Source: Acidobacteriota bacterium
GTDB lineage: Bacteria; Acidobacteriota; Vicinamibacteria; Vicinamibacterales; SCN-69-37
Direction of reading: 5' to 3'
Length of the DNA stretch: 64,000 bases
Assembly: GCA_044507065.1 (NCBI GenBank)
Contig: JBIQJY010000003.1
Location: forward strand, 7,592 to 71,591
Of this stretch, positions 43,619 through 54,340 are shown piece after piece. A model generated the notes under the pieces. It made no database searches and had not been told where the DNA came from. It was given only the letters and a program-made list of their open reading frames with translations. The position numbers were made by a program, and so were the translations under genes. The stretch's first letter is position 1. Each line of letters starts with the position of its first letter.

Positions 43619-46176
43619 GCCCGGTGCGTCGTCTCGTCCGGCTGCGCCGGGCGACCCCGAAAGCGCCGGCACGCCGTCAGGCGGCCTCCGCCCCGCTGGC
43701 CGTATGGAAGTTCGGTGGCGCGTCGCTTGCCGATGCGGCGGCCATCCGGAAGGCCGCCGAGCTGATTGCCGCGCACAAGGGACCGCTGGTTGTCGTGTGC
43801 TCGGCGATGGCCGGCGTTACCGACCAGTTGCTCGAAGGCGCCAGACTGGCCGTCGAAGGCGAAGACCGGCAGGCGGCCAGGGTCGTCGAACGGCTGCTCG
43901 CGCGGCACCGCAAGGTGGTGACCAGCCTGGTGCCCGCGGGGCGCGCGCGTCGCGCGCTGCTGGCCTCGCTCGACGTCGCCGCGCGCGAGTACCGGGACCT
44001 GTGCACGGCCGTCCACGTGCTCGGCCACATCGAGCCGCGGGCAAGCGACGTCATGGTGTCGCGCGGCGAGCGGCTCTCGGCGTCGATCCTCGCGGTCGTC
44101 CTGGCCGGGCTCGGCCGCAAGACCGCGCTGGTCGACGGCGTGGACGTGATCGCGACGGACGGCCACCACGGCGGCGCGGCGCCCCTGCTGCCCGAGACCA
44201 CACGACTCGCGCGGCGCACGCTGCGTCCGCTGCTGGCCAGGCGCGTGCTGCCTGTCGTGCCGGGCTTCATCGGCCGCGCGCCCGACGACACCGTGGCCAC
44301 GCTCGGCCGCGGCGGCTCCGACCTGACGGCCACGCTGCTCGCGCGGGCGCTCGGCGCGGCCGAAGTCGTGCTCTGGAAGGACGTCCGCGGCATTCTCACG
44401 GGCGACCCACGCGTGGTGCAGGACGCCCGGCTGATTCCGCAGCTGCACCACCGCGAGGCCGCGGAGGTCGCCTACTACGGCGCCAAGGTGCTGCATCCGC
44501 GCGCGCTCATCCCGCTCGACGGCACGCGCATCGTCCTGCACGTGCGGTCGTTCATCGACACCAGCCTGCCGGGCACCGAGGTTTCCGCGCGACGAAGCGC
44601 GCCGGGCCATCCCGTCAAGGCAATCGCGCTCGTGCGACAGCAGGCGGTGGTGACCGTCGCCGGCAAGGGCATGGCCGGTGTGCACGGCATCGCCGCGCGC
44701 ACGTTCACGGCCGTCGACGCCGAACGGCTGTCGGTGTCGACCATCTTCCAGGCCTCGTCGGAGAGTTCGATCGGCTTCACGCTGCCCGACAGCCAGGCCG
44801 ATCGGGCCGTGGCCGCCATCCGCCGTGCGTTCCGCGACGAGCTCGCGAGCGGCCTGATCGACAACGTCACCGCACGGACCGGCATGGCCGTGGTCGCAGT
44901 GGTGGGCGACGGCATGGTCGGCGCGCCGGGTATTGCCGCGCGCGTGTTCTCGTCGCTGGCCACCGCGGGCATCAGCGTCGTCGCGATCGCGCAGGGATCG
45001 TCGGAGCGCAACATCTCATTCGTGGTCGCCGAGGCCGATGCGCCCGATGCGGTGCGCCGCGTGCACACGGCCTTTCAGCTGTCGAAGATCGGCGGCGGTC
45101 GTCCGCTCACCAAGCCGCACACCGACGTCGTGCTCCTCGGGTTCGGGCGCGTGGGCCGCGAACTGGCCGACCAGATTGCCAATCCCAACGGTGGACCTGT
45201 GGTGCGGGTCGTCGGCCTGCTCGATCGGTCGGGCTACCTGTTCGATCCACGCGGCATCTCGCGGCGGCGGCTGCTCGAACTGACCCGCGAGAAGGATCGC
45301 GGGCGGCTCCTGAGCACGCTTGGCGGGCAGAAGGCCGCGGCCGCCGAAGCCCTGGCGGTGATGGCGAGCCATGCCGTGTCGCAGCCAATCCTGGTGGACG
45401 TGACGAGCGAGGATACCGGAGACCTGCTGCGCACCGCCGTGGGACACGGGTTCAACGTCGTGATGGCCAACAAGAAGCCGGTGGCCGGTTCGTATGAGTC
45501 CTACGCCGCGCTGATGGGCGAAGCGGAACGGACCGGGCGCGTGGTGAAGTACGAAGCCACCGTCGGCGCCGGCCTGCCCATCATCGACACGTACCACAAG
45601 CTCGCCGAGACGGGCGACCGCGTGCTGCGCATCGAGGGCACGGTCAGCGGCACCCTGATGTACGTGGTGTCGGCGGTGTCGTCCGGCAAGCCGTTCTCGC
45701 AGGCCGTGCGCGAGGCCGTCGATCTCGGTTATGCGGAACCCGACCCGCGCGAGGACCTGTCGGGGGCCGATGCGGGACGCAAGGTGCTCATCCTGGCACG
45801 CCTGATGGGCTACCGCGGGCCGGCCGCGACGCCCGAGAACCTGGTGCCTGCGTCGTTCGGACGGCTCTCGCTCGACGAGTTCATGCGGAAGCTGCCGGAG
45901 CTCGATGCCGACTGGGCCGCACGCACGAAACGCGAGGCGGCCCGTGGGCGCGTGCTGCGCTACGTCGTCACGGCCACGCCGCGATCGGTGTCGGCGAAAC
46001 TCGCGGCCGTGCCACTCACGAGCCCGATCGGCGCGCTTCACGGCACCCGCAACCTGCTGGCGTTCACCACGCGGCGCTACCGGAACGAGCCGCTGGTCAT
46101 CAGCGGACCCGGCGCGGGCCCGGCCGTCACCGCCGCAGGCATTCTCAACGACATCCTGTCGCTGTCGACCGGATGA
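43615..46176 (+). CDS. thrA: bifunctional aspartate kinase / homoserine dehydrogenase
   Basis: ATGA overlap with thrC. AK N-terminus [11 protein letters not shown], central ACT-like repeats, and C-terminal HSDH ([27 protein letters not shown]). Confidence 0.9.
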   Translation: MSPVRRLVRLRRATPKAPARRQAASAPLAVWKFGGASLADAAAIRKAAELIAAHKGPLVVVCSAMAGVTDQLLEGARLAVEGEDRQAARVVERLLARHRKVVTSLVPAGRARRALLASLDVAAREYRDLCTAVHVLGHIEPRASDVMVSRGERLSASILAVVLAGLGRKTALVDGVDVIATDGHHGGAAPLLPETTRLARRTLRPLLARRVLPVVPGFIGRAPDDTVATLGRGGSDLTATLLARALGAAEVVLWKDVRGILTGDPRVVQDARLIPQLHHREAAEVAYYGAKVLHPRALIPLDGTRIVLHVRSFIDTSLPGTEVSARRSAPGHPVKAIALVRQQAVVTVAGKGMAGVHGIAARTFTAVDAERLSVSTIFQASSESSIGFTLPDSQADRAVAAIRRAFRDELASGLIDNVTARTGMAVVAVVGDGMVGAPGIAARVFSSLATAGISVVAIAQGSSERNISFVVAEADAPDAVRRVHTAFQLSKIGGGRPLTKPHTDVVLLGFGRVGRELADQIANPNGGPVVRVVGLLDRSGYLFDPRGISRRRLLELTREKDRGRLLSTLGGQKAAAAEALAVMASHAVSQPILVDVTSEDTGDLLRTAVGHGFNVVMANKKPVAGSYESYAALMGEAERTGRVVKYEATVGAGLPIIDTYHKLAETGDRVLRIEGTVSGTLMYVVSAVSSGKPFSQAVREAVDLGYAEPDPREDLSGADAGRKVLILARLMGYRGPAATPENLVPASFGRLSLDEFMRKLPELDADWAARTKREAARGRVLRYVVTATPRSVSAKLAAVPLTSPIGALHGTRNLLAFTTRRYRNEPLVISGPGAGPAVTAAGILNDILSLSTG

Positions 46177-46285
46177 TGCCGGGGGGTGGACGCCAGGTTC
46201 ACCCGGCGGTACCGCGCGGTGCCATGTGTAGGGGCCGGCCTCGCGTCGCCGTAGCGCGGCGACTGCGGAGGGCGGTCCGAGGTCA

Positions 46286-47815
46286 GTGATGCCCGACCCT
46301 GCCACGCTCGACTCGATGCTCCGGCTGATCCTGACGAGCCGCGTGTACGACGTCGCCCACGAGACGCCGCTCGACCCGGCTCCGCGCCTGTCGCAGCGTC
46401 TCGACAACACCATCCTGCTCAAGCGCGAGGACCTGCAGCGCGTCTTCAGCTTCAAGATTCGCGGCGCCTACAACCACATCGCACACCTCGGCACGGCCGA
46501 TCGGGCGCGCGGGGTCATCACCGCCAGCGCCGGAAATCACGCGCAGGGTGTGGCGTTCGCGGCGCGTCACCTCGGCCTGACGGCCACAATCGTCATGCCG
46601 CAGACCACCCCGGCCATCAAGGTGCAGGCCGTCCGCGACCTCGGCGCCGAGGTCGTCCTCGAGGGCGACAGTTTCGACGATGCGAAGGCCCATTGCGATC
46701 GACTGGCGGCCTCGACCGGTCGCGTCGATGTGCCGGCATTCGACGACCCGCTGGTCATCGCCGGCCAGGGCACGATCGGCACGGAGATCCTGCGGCGTCG
46801 CGACGACCTCGACGCGATTTTCGTGCCCGTCGGCGGCGGCGGCCTCATCGCCGGTATTGCCAGCTACGTCAAGGCGCTGAGGCCGGCCACGAAGATCATC
46901 GGCGTCGAGCCGTTCGAATCCGACGCGATGCGCCGGTCGCTCGACGCGGGCCGGCGCGTGACGATCGAACAGGTCGGCCTGTTCGCCGACGGCGTCGCCG
47001 TTCGCGAAGTCGGCGCGCACACGTTCCGGATTGCGCAGCAGGCCGTGGACGAGATCGTGCTGGTGACAACCGACGAAATCTGCGCGGCCATCAAGGACGT
47101 CTTCGATGACACGCGGTCGATTCTCGAGCCGGCCGGCGCGCTGGCCGTGGCTGGCCTGCGCCGCTGGGTGCAGCGCACGGGCACTACCGGCGGCAAGCTT
47201 GCCGCGGTGCTGAGCGGCGCCAACATGAATTTCGACCGCCTGCGGTTCGTGGTGGAGCGCGCGGAAGTCGGCGAGGCGCGCGAGGCCCTGCTTGCCGTCA
47301 CGATTCCCGAGCGGCCCGGCGCGTTCCGTCATTTCTGCGCCGCAATCGGCCGCCGAGTCGTCACCGAGTTCAACTATCGCCTGAGCGGCCGCGGCAACGC
47401 GCACATCTTCGTGGGCGTCGCGCTCTCCTCCCATGGCGACGATGCCCACGCGCTGCGACAGGGCCTGCAGGTGGCCGGCTATGACAGTGTGGACCTGACG
47501 ACCAACGAACTCGCGAAGCTGCACGTGCGGCACATGGTCGGCGGCAGGAGCTCGGATGTCGACCGCGAGCTGATCTGCCGGTTCGAGTTTCCCGAACGTC
47601 CCGGCGCGCTCATGAAGTTCCTCGACGCACTCGGCGACCGCTGGAACATCAGCCTCTTCCATTACCGCAATCACGGCGCCGACCCGGGCCGCGTGCTCGC
47701 CGGCTTCGAAGTGCCCGAGGCCGACGACGCCGCGTTCCAGTCGTTCCTCGACACGCTCGGCTACCGCTACGAACGCGAAACCGACAATCCGGTCTATTCC
47801 CTCTTCCTGCGCTGA
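46286..47815 (+). CDS. ilvA: biosynthetic threonine ammonia-lyase (threonine dehydratase)
   Basis: PLP motif FSFKIRGAYN. 509 aa, with two C-terminal regulatory repeats. Confidence 0.9.
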   Translation: MMPDPATLDSMLRLILTSRVYDVAHETPLDPAPRLSQRLDNTILLKREDLQRVFSFKIRGAYNHIAHLGTADRARGVITASAGNHAQGVAFAARHLGLTATIVMPQTTPAIKVQAVRDLGAEVVLEGDSFDDAKAHCDRLAASTGRVDVPAFDDPLVIAGQGTIGTEILRRRDDLDAIFVPVGGGGLIAGIASYVKALRPATKIIGVEPFESDAMRRSLDAGRRVTIEQVGLFADGVAVREVGAHTFRIAQQAVDEIVLVTTDEICAAIKDVFDDTRSILEPAGALAVAGLRRWVQRTGTTGGKLAAVLSGANMNFDRLRFVVERAEVGEAREALLAVTIPERPGAFRHFCAAIGRRVVTEFNYRLSGRGNAHIFVGVALSSHGDDAHALRQGLQVAGYDSVDLTTNELAKLHVRHMVGGRSSDVDRELICRFEFPERPGALMKFLDALGDRWNISLFHYRNHGADPGRVLAGFEVPEADDAAFQSFLDTLGYRYERETDNPVYSLFLR

Positions 47816-48651
47816 CGCCGCGTACCCGACGTACCTTCTCCCCTCCTCGCCTCGTCGATTCGCTGCAGCACGATGCCCGATGCGGTTGCGATGTTGAGCG
47901 AGTCCACGCCGGCCGCCATCGGAATACGGACGCGCACATCCGCGCGCGCGAGCGCCTCGTCGGTCAGCCCGTGCCCTTCCGTGCCAAGCAGGACGGCGAC
48001 GCGATCCTGCGCGGCAGTCGATCGCGCGAACGTACCGATATCGGTCGCGTCCGGCGCAGGCGTCGTGGCCACGATCAGGAAGCCGGCCGCACGCACGCGG
48101 TCGAGCGCATCCGGCCACGGCACGGCATCGGCCGACGGCACGACCAGCGCGGCCCCGGACGATGTGCGGATGGCCTTGCGATAGAAGGGATCGGAGCATC
48201 CGGGGCCGAGCAGCACGGCATCGACACCGAATGCCTCGGCGGACCGGAACACGGATCCCACGTTGTCGGGATCGACGATGCGTTCGAGAATGGTCACGAG
48301 CCGGCCGTTGCGCAGCACGGCATCGAGTGGCGGCCGCGCCGCACGATGCGCGACCGCCAGGCACCCGCGGTGCATGTTGAAACCCGTGGCGGCCGTGATG
48401 ACTTCAGGCGACGCCACGTAGACGTCGCAACCAGTGCCCGATGCCGCGAGCACGTCGGCCATGGCATGCGCGGCAGCGTCGTTGAGCAGCAGCGACACAG
48501 GGCGCAGGTGCCCGGACGCCATGAGGCGCCGCACCACCAGACGTCCCTCGACAATCAGCAACCCGCGCTGGCGCAGCCATGCCGGATCGCGCACACCGGC
48601 ATAGTCGGCCAGCCGCGGGTCGCCGCCGTTATCGATTCGGACGATGTTCAT
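47794..48651 (-). CDS. TrmH/SpoU-family RNA 2'-O-methyltransferase
   Basis: ATG 48649-48651 (MNIVRIDNGGDPRLADY). SpoU knot motifs LLGTEGHGL and IPMAAGVDSLNIATA. Its 3' end overlaps the ilvA 3' end by 22 nt. Confidence 0.85.
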   Translation of the reverse strand: MNIVRIDNGGDPRLADYAGVRDPAWLRQRGLLIVEGRLVVRRLMASGHLRPVSLLLNDAAAHAMADVLAASGTGCDVYVASPEVITAATGFNMHRGCLAVAHRAARPPLDAVLRNGRLVTILERIVDPDNVGSVFRSAEAFGVDAVLLGPGCSDPFYRKAIRTSSGAALVVPSADAVPWPDALDRVRAAGFLIVATTPAPDATDIGTFARSTAAQDRVAVLLGTEGHGLTDEALARADVRVRIPMAAGVDSLNIATASGIVLQRIDEARRGEGTSGTRRQRRKRE

Positions 48652-48670
48652 TCGAGGTGCGAGCACGCAT

Positions 48671-48706
48671 CGTACCCGACGTACCCCACGTACCCGACGT
48701 ACCCGA
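48671..48706. repeat. four tandem 9-mers CGTACCCGA (one variant CGTACCCCA) upstream of trmH; a 1.7-copy version sits at 47821-47836
   Basis: Read directly: cgtacccga cgtacccca cgtacccga cgtacccga. A related cgtacccgacgtacc lies at the other end of trmH. Confidence 0.8.
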
Positions 48707-48708
48707 CC

Positions 48709-49161
48709 TCACCTCTTGAACACGTATCCCACGATGAACTTCACGTCGGGACTGTCGATCGCACCGACCTTGAACTCGGTGAACAGGCCGCCGCGGTGTT
48801 CCACGCCGATGAGCGCATTGAAGCCGCCGCCGACGTCCGACCCGCCGTCCCACGAGTAGACGTTGGCCGCCGGCCCCCCGCCGAAATAGAGGCGCCACGG
48901 ATGCTGGTCGAGGGGAATGGAATAGACGAGTTCGAAATTGAACCCCAGCGTCGTGACGTCATCACCCACGCCGATTTCGACGTTGGGACGGAAGCTCAAC
49001 TGTTCGACCAGCGGGGCCGTTTCGATATGCCCGCCGAAGATGAACTGGTCGGGATTGCCGCTGACCCCTGCCCGCAGGCCGGCCGACTGGGCCTGCGCCG
49101 TCGAAGCCAGCCCCAGAACCAGCGCCACTGCTACCCACACACGTGTACTCATCTCTGACAA
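48709..49161 (-). CDS. small outer-membrane beta-barrel protein (8-strand OmpW/OmpA-like class)
   Basis: Signal peptide VAVALVLGLASTAQAQ, alternating hydrophobic beta-strand pattern, aromatic-rich C-terminus VGYVFKR. Confidence 0.6.
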   Translation of the reverse strand: MSEMSTRVWVAVALVLGLASTAQAQSAGLRAGVSGNPDQFIFGGHIETAPLVEQLSFRPNVEIGVGDDVTTLGFNFELVYSIPLDQHPWRLYFGGGPAANVYSWDGGSDVGGGFNALIGVEHRGGLFTEFKVGAIDSPDVKFIVGYVFKR

Positions 49162-49327
49162 CTCCTTTCAATCACTGCACGACCGGCGATCCAACGCAAA
49201 CCACGGACCAGACGGATACGTCTCGATCCGCTCGCAAACAGGTAGTGTACCGATCGGCGCAGGGGACAGAAAGGTGGCAGAGTGGCCATGCCGGAGGACG
49301 CTGCCGGCCCGGCGCGGTCTCCCTGGG

Positions 49328-50683
49328 TCACCGCACGTCATGCGTGCGTCGGACGCCCAGCGCGCGCATGCGCTTGTGGAGGCTCGTGCGCTCCACGCCG
49401 AGCAGCCGCGCGGCGGCCGACACGTTGCCCTGCGCCTGGTCGAGGGCCGCCAGGATACGCTCGCGCTCGGCCGCATTCCGCGCGTCGTGCAGCCCGGTCG
49501 ATGCCCGCACCGCGGTCGTCCGCACCTCGGCCGGCACGGCCTCGGCGGTGATGCGGTCGCCCGTCGTCAGGATGGCCATCCGCTCCACCACGTTACGCAG
49601 TTCACGAACGTTGCCGGGCCAGCCATGCTGCCCGAGCGTCGCCACCACCTCGTCGTCGACCGTCTTGGCGCGCATGTTGTTGCGCGCGCAGAACTCGGCC
49701 AGGAAGTAGGGCACCAGATCGGCAATGTCCTCGCGCCGCTCTCGCAGTGCCGGGATGCGCATGGGCACGACGCTCAGGCGGTAGAACAGATCCTGCCGGA
49801 AGCGGCCGTCGGAGATGAGCGCCTCGAGCGGACGATTGGTGGCGGAAATCACGCGGACGGTCACGCGAATCGGCTGTTCGCCGCCCAGCCGCTGGCATTC
49901 ACCATCCTGCAGCACGCGGAGCAGCTTGGCCTGCGACGCGGCGTGCAGGTCGCCCACCTCGTCGAGGAAGATCGTGCCGCCATCGGCCATCTCGAACCGG
50001 CCACGCCGCGCCGATGTCGCCCCGGTGAAGGCTCCCTTCTCGTGCCCGAACAGCTCGCTTTCGATGAGCTCGGTCGGGATGGCCGCGCAGTTGACCTTGA
50101 TGAACGGACGCCCGGCGACGGCGCTCTCCCGGTGGATGTGGGCCGCGAGCAGTTCCTTGCCTGTGCCCGACTCCCCCGTGATGAGCACGCCGGCGTCGGT
50201 GCGCGCGACGCGCGAGGCGTCCTGCATCACGCGCTGGAGGGCCTCGCTCCGCCCGATCATCCGTGGCGCGTCGCCCACAATCTCCCGGAACTGCAGGTTC
50301 TCGCTTCGCAGGTCCGCCTGCTCCAGCGCGTTCCTCACGGCCAGCCGCACGCGCTCGCGCGCGAGCGGCTTCTCGAGAAAATCGAACGCACCGCTGCGCG
50401 TCGCGTCGACGGCCTCCGGAATCGTGCCGTGGCCGGAGATCATGATCACGGGGGCCGGGTCGCCGGCCTGCCGCACGTCGCGCAGCAGGTCGAGCCCACT
50501 CGCGTCGGGCAGCCGCACGTCGATGAGCAGGAGGTCGGCACGACCGGCGCGGTACGCGGCACGAAACGCGGCGGCCGATTCGCACACCGTGACGACGTGA
50601 CCGTCACCCTCGAGGACGAGCCTCAGCGACAGCCCGATGTTCGGCTCGTCGTCGATGACCGTGATGCGGCGCCTGCGAGTCAT
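49328..50683 (-). CDS. sigma-54-dependent response regulator (NtrX/NtrC-like: REC-AAA+-HTH)
   Basis: ATG 50681-50683 overlaps the kinase stop (ATGA). REC domain (ITVIDDEP...LLLIDVRLPD), [14 protein letters not shown], and C-terminal Fis-type HTH. Confidence 0.9.
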   Translation of the reverse strand: MTRRRRITVIDDEPNIGLSLRLVLEGDGHVVTVCESAAAFRAAYRAGRADLLLIDVRLPDASGLDLLRDVRQAGDPAPVIMISGHGTIPEAVDATRSGAFDFLEKPLARERVRLAVRNALEQADLRSENLQFREIVGDAPRMIGRSEALQRVMQDASRVARTDAGVLITGESGTGKELLAAHIHRESAVAGRPFIKVNCAAIPTELIESELFGHEKGAFTGATSARRGRFEMADGGTIFLDEVGDLHAASQAKLLRVLQDGECQRLGGEQPIRVTVRVISATNRPLEALISDGRFRQDLFYRLSVVPMRIPALRERREDIADLVPYFLAEFCARNNMRAKTVDDEVVATLGQHGWPGNVRELRNVVERMAILTTGDRITAEAVPAEVRTTAVRASTGLHDARNAAERERILAALDQAQGNVSAAARLLGVERTSLHKRMRALGVRRTHDVR

Positions 50684-52083
50684 GTGTCGGCCCGGCCTGT
50701 CGAGTCGCGCGGCAGTACCACGGTGAAACATGCGCCGCCGAGTTCGCTCTTCGACGGCGTGATGTCGCCGCCGCACAACAGCGCGTTCTTCCTGGCAATC
50801 AGCAGGCCCAGGCCCATACCCTCCTTCTTGAACGTAATCGTCGGCTCGAACAGCGTGGCTGCGGCTTCGGCGCTCAGCCCGGGGCCCGAATCGTGCACCT
50901 CGATGAGGACTCCGCCCGGATCGTGGCGCGTGACGAGGAGCACATGCCCCGACGCCCCCGCCGCTTCGGCGCCGTTGGCAATGAGGTTCGTCAGAATCCC
51001 CCTCACCAGGTCCACCGTTCCGACCGCGGGCGGCAACCCGGGGTCGAGCCGGCAGGTGAAGTTCGTCCCGGGGTGCGCGGGCCGCAGCAGCGCGATGCGC
51101 TCGGCCACCAGCGTGTTCGCGTCGAATGGCTCGGGCCGCACGGGGGGTTCCGCCGCAAACTCCGAGAAGGCACGGACGCGGCGTTCCAGGGTCTCGACTT
51201 CCGCCACGACGATCTGCACCGCCTGCTCCATGAACGCGCGATCGGCGCCCGGATGGCGCGCGAGCATCTCCTCGACCGTCAGCCGGATTGGCGTGAGCGA
51301 GTTCTTCAGTTCGTGGGCCGTCTTGCGCGCCAGCATCTGCCAGCTCGACATCTGCGCGAGATAGATCAGCCGCTCACGATTGCCGCGAAGCTGATCGGCC
51401 ATGTGGTTGAATGCCGCGACCGCACGCCCCACCTCGTCGTCGCGGCCCGGGTCGAGGCGGCGATCCCAGTCGCCGGCCGCGAACCCTGCCAGCCCGTCGG
51501 TCAGTTGACGGATGGGGCGGCTGATGCCGTGTGCCAGGATGAGGATTGGAACGAGCGACAGCAGCCAGGCCGCGCCGACGACCACGACGAGCGCCAGCGT
51601 CAGCCCGCGCCGCAGGTCCACACCGCGAGCGGCCGACACCCGTTCGCGCGCCTCGCGAAGATCGGCGGCCAGCCGGTCCATGCCGAGCCCCCCCAGGGAA
51701 CGATGGTAGACGTCCACGCCGCTCGTCGCGCGCCGCATCAACTCGACGCGGCTGCCGCCCTCGCCAGCCAGGCCGAAGCGCTCGGCGTCGTCGCTCTCCC
51801 AGAAATCGCGGACGGCGCGCGGCCACTGACCGTCCACCGGCGCGTCGTAGTGCAGGGGCTCCACCAGGCCGGCATCCACCTCGTCGCGCAACACCTCGCG
51901 TTCGAGCTGGTAGAACTGCCGGCCTGTCGCTTCGAGCGTCTGCGCCAGCCGGTCCAGATCTCCGACGCTCGAGTACGCCAGGCTGCGGTCGAGCAGCCGG
52001 GACGCCAGCCACACCGTTGCGCCGACCGGAACGAGCGTGGCCAGGATCAACGCGGCGATGAGCTGGTTGCGCAGTTGCGACAC
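50680..52083 (-). CDS. sensor histidine kinase (NtrY-like: 2 TM, HAMP, HisKA, HATPase)
   Basis: H-box HELKNSLTPI, N-box LIANGAEA, G-boxes DSGPGL and GMGLGL. HAMP domain follows the second TM helix. Confidence 0.9.
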   Translation of the reverse strand: MSQLRNQLIAALILATLVPVGATVWLASRLLDRSLAYSSVGDLDRLAQTLEATGRQFYQLEREVLRDEVDAGLVEPLHYDAPVDGQWPRAVRDFWESDDAERFGLAGEGGSRVELMRRATSGVDVYHRSLGGLGMDRLAADLREARERVSAARGVDLRRGLTLALVVVVGAAWLLSLVPILILAHGISRPIRQLTDGLAGFAAGDWDRRLDPGRDDEVGRAVAAFNHMADQLRGNRERLIYLAQMSSWQMLARKTAHELKNSLTPIRLTVEEMLARHPGADRAFMEQAVQIVVAEVETLERRVRAFSEFAAEPPVRPEPFDANTLVAERIALLRPAHPGTNFTCRLDPGLPPAVGTVDLVRGILTNLIANGAEAAGASGHVLLVTRHDPGGVLIEVHDSGPGLSAEAAATLFEPTITFKKEGMGLGLLIARKNALLCGGDITPSKSELGGACFTVVLPRDSTGRADT

Positions 52084-52087
52084 ACGA

Positions 52088-52666
52088 TCACTCCGGCAGG
52101 CGCAATGGACCGAACTCCATCGTCCGCCGAATCGGATCCTCGCTGCGTCGGCGGCCGAGCGTCTCGACCAGGCGTTCGAGCGCGGACCCTACGCCGACGG
52201 CCGACGACCGTGACTCGGGCACGTCGGTCGTCGCCTCGATGCGGACCCATACATGCGCCCCACGTGCCATGCCCGACAGCGCGGCGCGAGGAACCTCGAT
52301 CTGATCGAGGCACCACGCCTCGGCGTCGCGTGCCGCAAGGTGCGAGATGGCGCGCGGCGGTGTCCCCGAGCGGACGACGGCAAACCGCTCCTCCCAGAGA
52401 TCGAAGCTGAGCGTGAAGGTCTGCGACACGCGCACGATACCCGGCCCCGTCGCCCGCCCGAGAATCGCGACGTCGATATCGACGCGAATCGATCGCCCAT
52501 CCCGAAGCCGGTCCACGACGGGCCCTTCGATGAAGTGGAAGGATGGCGCGGACGCCCGCAGTGTATCGCCGGAGGGAACGAGGGTCACGGGCTGCGCCGA
52601 GGCGGACGCCGCCGTTGCCAGAAGCACGGCGCCGAGCAGCATCGCGCACGTCGCCTGTGCGGACAT
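52088..52666 (-). CDS. hypothetical secreted protein (192 aa)
   Basis: ATG 52664-52666 shares one base with the Omp85 stop. Signal peptide MSAQATCAMLLGAVLLATAASASAQP. No known motif. Confidence 0.6.
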   Translation of the reverse strand: MSAQATCAMLLGAVLLATAASASAQPVTLVPSGDTLRASAPSFHFIEGPVVDRLRDGRSIRVDIDVAILGRATGPGIVRVSQTFTLSFDLWEERFAVVRSGTPPRAISHLAARDAEAWCLDQIEVPRAALSGMARGAHVWVRIEATTDVPESRSSAVGVGSALERLVETLGRRRSEDPIRRTMEFGPLRLPE

Positions 52667-54243
52667 CAGCGCAGCCACCCGGCATCGAACGTCACGGCGG
52701 CGCGAAATCCCAGCAAGACCTTGCCCGCCACGGCATCGGCGTTGAGCGGCACCCCCAGCGTGATGAACGACCCGCCCGTCTCGATGCCGATGCCCGTCGA
52801 CAGGCGCAGCCGCCGATCCTCGCCCGGACGCCAGACACTGCCCGCGTCGACGAAGTAGAGAAAGTGCTTGTACCGGTACTGCACCGACTGGTGCACCATG
52901 CGCTCGGCGCCGGCCGCCGCGAGCGCGTACTTGTTCCATCCACGCAGCGAATGCGTATCGCCCAGGGTGAAGCGTGCGAACATCGGCGCGTCGCCCGTGA
53001 GACGTCCGGCCCGGAACTCTGCCGTCAGCCCACTGTCGCGGCCCGACACGCTGTAGCGGACGACGCCCGAGTGCCTGTCGTAGACGTAGTCGCTGTCGAG
53101 CCCCGCCGCTCCGGATTGCCAGTCGAAGCCGGCGACGAGACGATGCCGGATGTCCGACGTGCTCCGCCACTCGTGCTCGAACGCCACGCCCGTCAGCGTG
53201 GCCGTGGCGCGCCTCCCGCCTCGTGCGGCAGGCGCGGACAGCTCCGCGGGCCAGTCCGCAGGTGGCAGCGCATCGAGTTGCGACGACGTGATACCGCCGG
53301 TGACGCGAAGGTCCTTCGCGACGGCAACCGTCACGGTGGGCGTGACCGCGATCCGGCGCTCGTACGGCTGGGGCAGCGTCGGATCGGCGGCAATTGCCGC
53401 AAGCGTGGGCGTGCGCCACTTCTGGGTGTGGCGGGACAGTTCGAGGCTCACGCCCAGCCGGCGCGTCCCTGCCTCGCGGTTCTCGAACCGCAGCGAGTAG
53501 CCGCTGTATCCCTCGACGAGATCGTCGTCGTTTCCGGCAACGAGGCCCAGCGTGATTCGGTTGCTGCCGGTGCCGATCGGGACGTCGAAGACACCGCTCC
53601 AGCCGAGATCCCGGTGATAGACCAGTTTCGAGGCGTTCTGCTGGAACGGGATCCACCAGCTGCCCTCGGCGCGCTTCACCAGGAACGTCACGCGCACGCG
53701 GCCCTGATCGTCCCCTCGCGACACGCGATGGCTGACCTCGTGATCGGGCCACTCGGCCGCCAGTCGAGCCGACAGCCGGTCGACCTCGGCATCCTCGAGC
53801 GGCCGACCCGCAAGCGCGTGGAGGTCGTCGCGGAGCGCCGGGCCGATCCGCTCCTCGTCGATCCCGCGAATCTCGACGCGATCGACCGTGTAGCGCATGT
53901 TGATGTTGGCAGCGAGCGTCTCATCGCCGCCGATGCGGGTGACGACGAAGATGACCCGGACACGACCGTCCGGCTGGGGCACGTCGCGGACGGCGGCGGC
54001 CAGTTCGGGCTGCTCGGCATCGATCCGGGCAGCCAGCGCCGCAAGCCGGTCGCGGTCGAGTGGCGTGCCGGCCAGTGCCTCGATCTCGGCGCGCAGCTCC
54101 GCGCTGAGGCCGTCGCGCGGAAGTCCGACGACATCCGCCGATTCGATGACGGCCGGCGACTGGCCGACCGCCGATGGCTGCGCCAGCGTCGGCGCAGGCG
54201 GCAGCAAGAGGAGCAGCAGTACGAGGATGGGGTATCGAGTCAT
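52666..54243 (-). CDS. Omp85-superfamily outer membrane protein (POTRA repeats plus beta-barrel; BamA/TamA/ShlB-like)
   Basis: ATG 54241-54243 gives signal peptide MTRYPILVLLLLLLPPAPTLAQP. Two POTRA-like repeats (VIESADVVGL..., VDRVEIRGI...). C-terminal barrel ends ...FDAGWLR. Confidence 0.8.
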   Translation of the reverse strand: MTRYPILVLLLLLLPPAPTLAQPSAVGQSPAVIESADVVGLPRDGLSAELRAEIEALAGTPLDRDRLAALAARIDAEQPELAAAVRDVPQPDGRVRVIFVVTRIGGDETLAANINMRYTVDRVEIRGIDEERIGPALRDDLHALAGRPLEDAEVDRLSARLAAEWPDHEVSHRVSRGDDQGRVRVTFLVKRAEGSWWIPFQQNASKLVYHRDLGWSGVFDVPIGTGSNRITLGLVAGNDDDLVEGYSGYSLRFENREAGTRRLGVSLELSRHTQKWRTPTLAAIAADPTLPQPYERRIAVTPTVTVAVAKDLRVTGGITSSQLDALPPADWPAELSAPAARGGRRATATLTGVAFEHEWRSTSDIRHRLVAGFDWQSGAAGLDSDYVYDRHSGVVRYSVSGRDSGLTAEFRAGRLTGDAPMFARFTLGDTHSLRGWNKYALAAAGAERMVHQSVQYRYKHFLYFVDAGSVWRPGEDRRLRLSTGIGIETGGSFITLGVPLNADAVAGKVLLGFRAAVTFDAGWLR

Positions 54244-54256
54244 GCGCTCCGCCCGA

Positions 54257-54272
54257 AGCAAGCGGCACGCCA
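54257..54272 (-). promoter_or_regulatory. near-consensus sigma-54 (-24/-12) promoter: TGGCGTG-CCGC-TTGCT
   Basis: The minus strand reads aaTGGCGTGCCGCTTGCTtcgggcggagcgcATG. GG and GC have the exact consensus spacing. The -12 element lies about 14 nt before the Omp85 ATG. Confidence 0.65.
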
Positions 54273-54340
54273 TTCTACAAGTTATTGACTCGACAAGAGT
54301 TGCACGCCGTGGCGCTGTGCGGAATCGGCCCAGGTGTGCC

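Noticed and set aside
48671-48706. Tandem 9-mers considered as a CRISPR array or minisatellite
   Set aside because: The units are contiguous with no spacers and far shorter than CRISPR repeats, and there are no cas genes in the window. Reported only as a simple tandem repeat.
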